Source: Candidatus Latescibacterota bacterium
GTDB lineage: Bacteria > Latescibacterota > UBA2968
Assembly: GCA_965116885.1 (NCBI GenBank)
Contig: OZ220741.1
Coordinates: 1,504,001 to 1,568,000, forward strand
Direction of reading: 5' to 3'
DNA length: 64,000 nucleotides
How positions within the stretch are numbered: position 1 is the stretch's first letter; each line of letters opens with the position of its first letter. The translations under genes and the position numbers were made by a program. The notes beneath the pieces were generated by a model. The model worked only from the letters and a program-made list of their open reading frames with translations, did not search any database and was not told where the DNA came from. Of this stretch, positions 61,605 through 64,000 are shown one piece after another.

Positions 61605-63611
61605 ATGTCCGCATCTCCAGAACCGCGCCTTCCCAAATCAGAAACCGCCGAAGGCTCTTCCGTTATTACCAAACGATCCCTCCTGATTGGGCTGGGTATG
61701 GCCATGCTTATGCCTCTGTGGCCGACTTATACCAGCTTTGTGGTGAATTCAACGCGGGCTGATCATTCTCATCTTTCGATGGCGATGCTCATTCCTTTTG
61801 TGGGGCTTCTGATTCTGAACGCCTTTCTCGAGCGGCGCGGTATCGGATTTTCTCCAACGGAATTGCTCACGGTTTGCTGTATCGGTTTTGTCGCATCTAC
61901 TATGCAGGGCGAGTGGCTCACGGTGTGGTTTTTGCAGATGCTGACGATGCCGGCGTATTACGCGTCGCCAGAGAATCGATTCGATGAGCTTCTCCTGCCG
62001 TACATGCCGAGTTGGACGACGATTACCAATCGCGATGCAGTGCGCGGATTTTACGAGGGGCAAGTGCCCGGTGCAGCGTTTCCGTGGGGCGAGTGGTTTT
62101 CGGTGCTTTTCTGGTGGGGTGCGCTGATTGCGAGTATTTTGGCGATTCACCTGTGTCTGAGCGTTTTGCTGCGGAAACAGTGGATGGAATATGAGCGGCT
62201 GTCTTTTCCGGTTGCTACCGCGTTGCTGGAGCTTACAGGTGTTTCGGGTACGACGGGTACGCTGAGGACGCTTGTGCGCAATCGTCTGTTTCAATGGGGG
62301 TTTGGCCTTACGTTTGCCATTATTGCGTGGAATGTGTTCACGTGGTTTTCAGTCAATTTGCCGATGTTTCCTTTTCTGGCGGGGCGATATGGGCGGAATG
62401 TGATTTCGGTGGCGCCGGGCTTTCCGAGTATTGTGACTACGTTTGTGTTGCTCACGTTTTGTCTGGGGTATTTCACCAAGCTGGAGGTGCTTTTCAGCCT
62501 GTGGTTTTTCCATGTGGTTCAGATCTGTGTGGTGGGGTTGTTCAACCGCTTTGGCCTGGATTTGGGTGCGAACGATCCGTGGAGTTCGAGCCATCCGGCG
62601 ATTGGCTGGATGACATTTGGGGGGATGGCCGTTTTTGTCGGCTGGGGGTTCTGGATTGCGCGGTCTCATTTTCGAGATGTTTTTCGCAAGGCGTTTTTGC
62701 GCGATGAGCGTGTAGATGATTCCGAAGAGATTATGTCTTATCGCACGGCTGTCTGGCTTTTGCTGACGTGTTGCGGTTTTGTTTTTCTGTGGCTCTGGCG
62801 CGCGGGGATGGGGCCGGAGACGATTCTCGCATGGTCATTTGCGATGCTCGTTTTGTTTGTGGGGATGTCCCGCATTGTGGTGGAGAGCGGTCTGGTCTAT
62901 CTTCGGGTGCCTCTCACGGCGCCGGGGTTTACATGGCATGCCGTCGGCGTGGGGAATATGGGGCCTGCTGGCGCTTCTATTTTGACGCTTACGATGAGTC
63001 TTGTGGCGGATGGGAAGACGTTTGCGACGACGCAGATGGCGCATGTTCCGAGGTTGAGCATGGCGATGGCAAAGCGCAGTCGAAAAGCCGTGGCGCCGAC
63101 TGTGCTCTTCGGGTGTTTGCTCGGTGCGGCGGTGGTTATCATATTCGTCATATACCAGGGGTATTACGGTATTGGCAGTGCCAATTTTGGCCGGACGACT
63201 TTTAAGGGTATTGGATCTCTCAATGGGGCGGGTTTTAGCCGGCTGGCTGTGTCCCGAATTCAGGGCGATGTGCTGTTCACGGATTGGAATCGCGTTTTGT
63301 TTATGGGTATTGGTGGCATTTTTACGGGTACGCTCTACTTTCTGCGGTATCGCTTCCCGGGTTTTCCGATCCATCCCATTGGTTTTACGATCTGCGGCAT
63401 GGTCGAGATGCAGGATAATTCTTTTAGCATTTTCCTGATGTGGGGTGTGAAGACGATTATTATGAAGTTGGGCGGTTTGGAGCGCTATCGGCACTATGCA
63501 CCCTTTTTCCTGGGGATGATTATGGGCTATATTGCGGGTGTTTTTTTGGGTGTTTTTGTCGATGTTTTCTGGTTTCCCGGAGAGGGGCACGAGATCCATT
63601 GCGACCCATGA
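61605..63611 (+). CDS. DUF6785/DUF6784-like polytopic membrane protein
   Basis: YYASPENR, QWMEYERLSFP, FPIHPIG; paralogue of 7086..9062. Confidence 0.78.
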   Translation: MSASPEPRLPKSETAEGSSVITKRSLLIGLGMAMLMPLWPTYTSFVVNSTRADHSHLSMAMLIPFVGLLILNAFLERRGIGFSPTELLTVCCIGFVASTMQGEWLTVWFLQMLTMPAYYASPENRFDELLLPYMPSWTTITNRDAVRGFYEGQVPGAAFPWGEWFSVLFWWGALIASILAIHLCLSVLLRKQWMEYERLSFPVATALLELTGVSGTTGTLRTLVRNRLFQWGFGLTFAIIAWNVFTWFSVNLPMFPFLAGRYGRNVISVAPGFPSIVTTFVLLTFCLGYFTKLEVLFSLWFFHVVQICVVGLFNRFGLDLGANDPWSSSHPAIGWMTFGGMAVFVGWGFWIARSHFRDVFRKAFLRDERVDDSEEIMSYRTAVWLLLTCCGFVFLWLWRAGMGPETILAWSFAMLVLFVGMSRIVVESGLVYLRVPLTAPGFTWHAVGVGNMGPAGASILTLTMSLVADGKTFATTQMAHVPRLSMAMAKRSRKAVAPTVLFGCLLGAAVVIIFVIYQGYYGIGSANFGRTTFKGIGSLNGAGFSRLAVSRIQGDVLFTDWNRVLFMGIGGIFTGTLYFLRYRFPGFPIHPIGFTICGMVEMQDNSFSIFLMWGVKTIIMKLGGLERYRHYAPFFLGMIMGYIAGVFLGVFVDVFWFPGEGHEIHCDP

Positions 63612-63626
63612 TCGCGGGGTGAGAGA

Positions 63627-64000
63627 ATGAAAATTACGGATGTCAAGACCTATACTGCTGGGCAGGATGGCAGAAATTTTTTGTTTTGCAGAGTTTTTAC
63701 GGATGAGGGGATCTATGGCGTGGGAGAGGCGTCTGGATGGCCGAGTATTCAGACGGAGATTCACCACAAGGCGAGCGTGATTATTGGCGAGGATCCCTTT
63801 AATATCGAGCGGTTGTGGAGTAAGATGTTTTTGCAGACCCATGGGATGTCGGGCATTGTGGGCGCAGGTGCGATTTCAGCTATTGAGATGGCGCTGTGGG
63901 ATATTAAGGGGAAAGCGTTTAATATGCCGGTCTGGCAATTGCTGGGGGGGCGAATGCGCGAGCGATTGCGGGTGTACACGCACGCGAATACGGCCGAGCG
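63627..64000 (+). CDS. Mandelate racemase/galactonate dehydratase-like enzyme, partial
   Basis: Not in the ORF track. Manual translation MKITDVKT..FTDEGIYGVGEA..AISAIEMALWDIKGK..LLGG; open to the window end. Confidence 0.9.
   Translation, partial: MKITDVKTYTAGQDGRNFLFCRVFTDEGIYGVGEASGWPSIQTEIHHKASVIIGEDPFNIERLWSKMFLQTHGMSGIVGAGAISAIEMALWDIKGKAFNMPVWQLLGGRMRERLRVYTHANTAE

Overview
64 kb of gene-dense bacterial chromosome, mostly about 50-60% GC by eye, with AT-richer patches at roughly 0.4-7 kb, 41.2-41.6 kb, 44.5-45.3 kb and 59 kb. The gene mix (several PhyH-type dioxygenases, enolase-superfamily enzymes, aldo/keto reductases, two DUF6785-like membrane proteins, large secreted proteins ending in dockerin-like double EF-hands) resembles Latescibacterota/Gemmatimonadota/Poribacteria-type genomes; that is inference only. 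Main blocks: a large Ig-repeat surface protein followed by three related exported proteins; YigZ and RNase D; bioA-bioD; acs; an ECF sigma/anti-sigma/HtrA-like triad; a pectin/uronate catabolic run (PL10, PL22, YiaK); a sigma54-driven surface vanadium haloperoxidase; and a urea operon (urtA-porin-urtBCDE-ureAB-ureC-ureFGD). No rRNA, tRNA, CRISPR or IS transposase was seen. Most notable: (1) a DUF559 nuclease gene bracketed by inverted C-rich-tail/hairpin repeats with a solo copy 39 kb away, a candidate nuclease-plus-repeat mobile system; (2) a plant/fungal-type urease set without ureE; (3) a 61-bp tandem duplication frameshifting urtA, with an NtcA-like box upstream; (4) an HtrA homologue lacking the whole catalytic triad; (5) the surface haloperoxidase with a complete sigma54/IHF/enhancer promoter. 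All family assignments are from motif recognition, not database searches.
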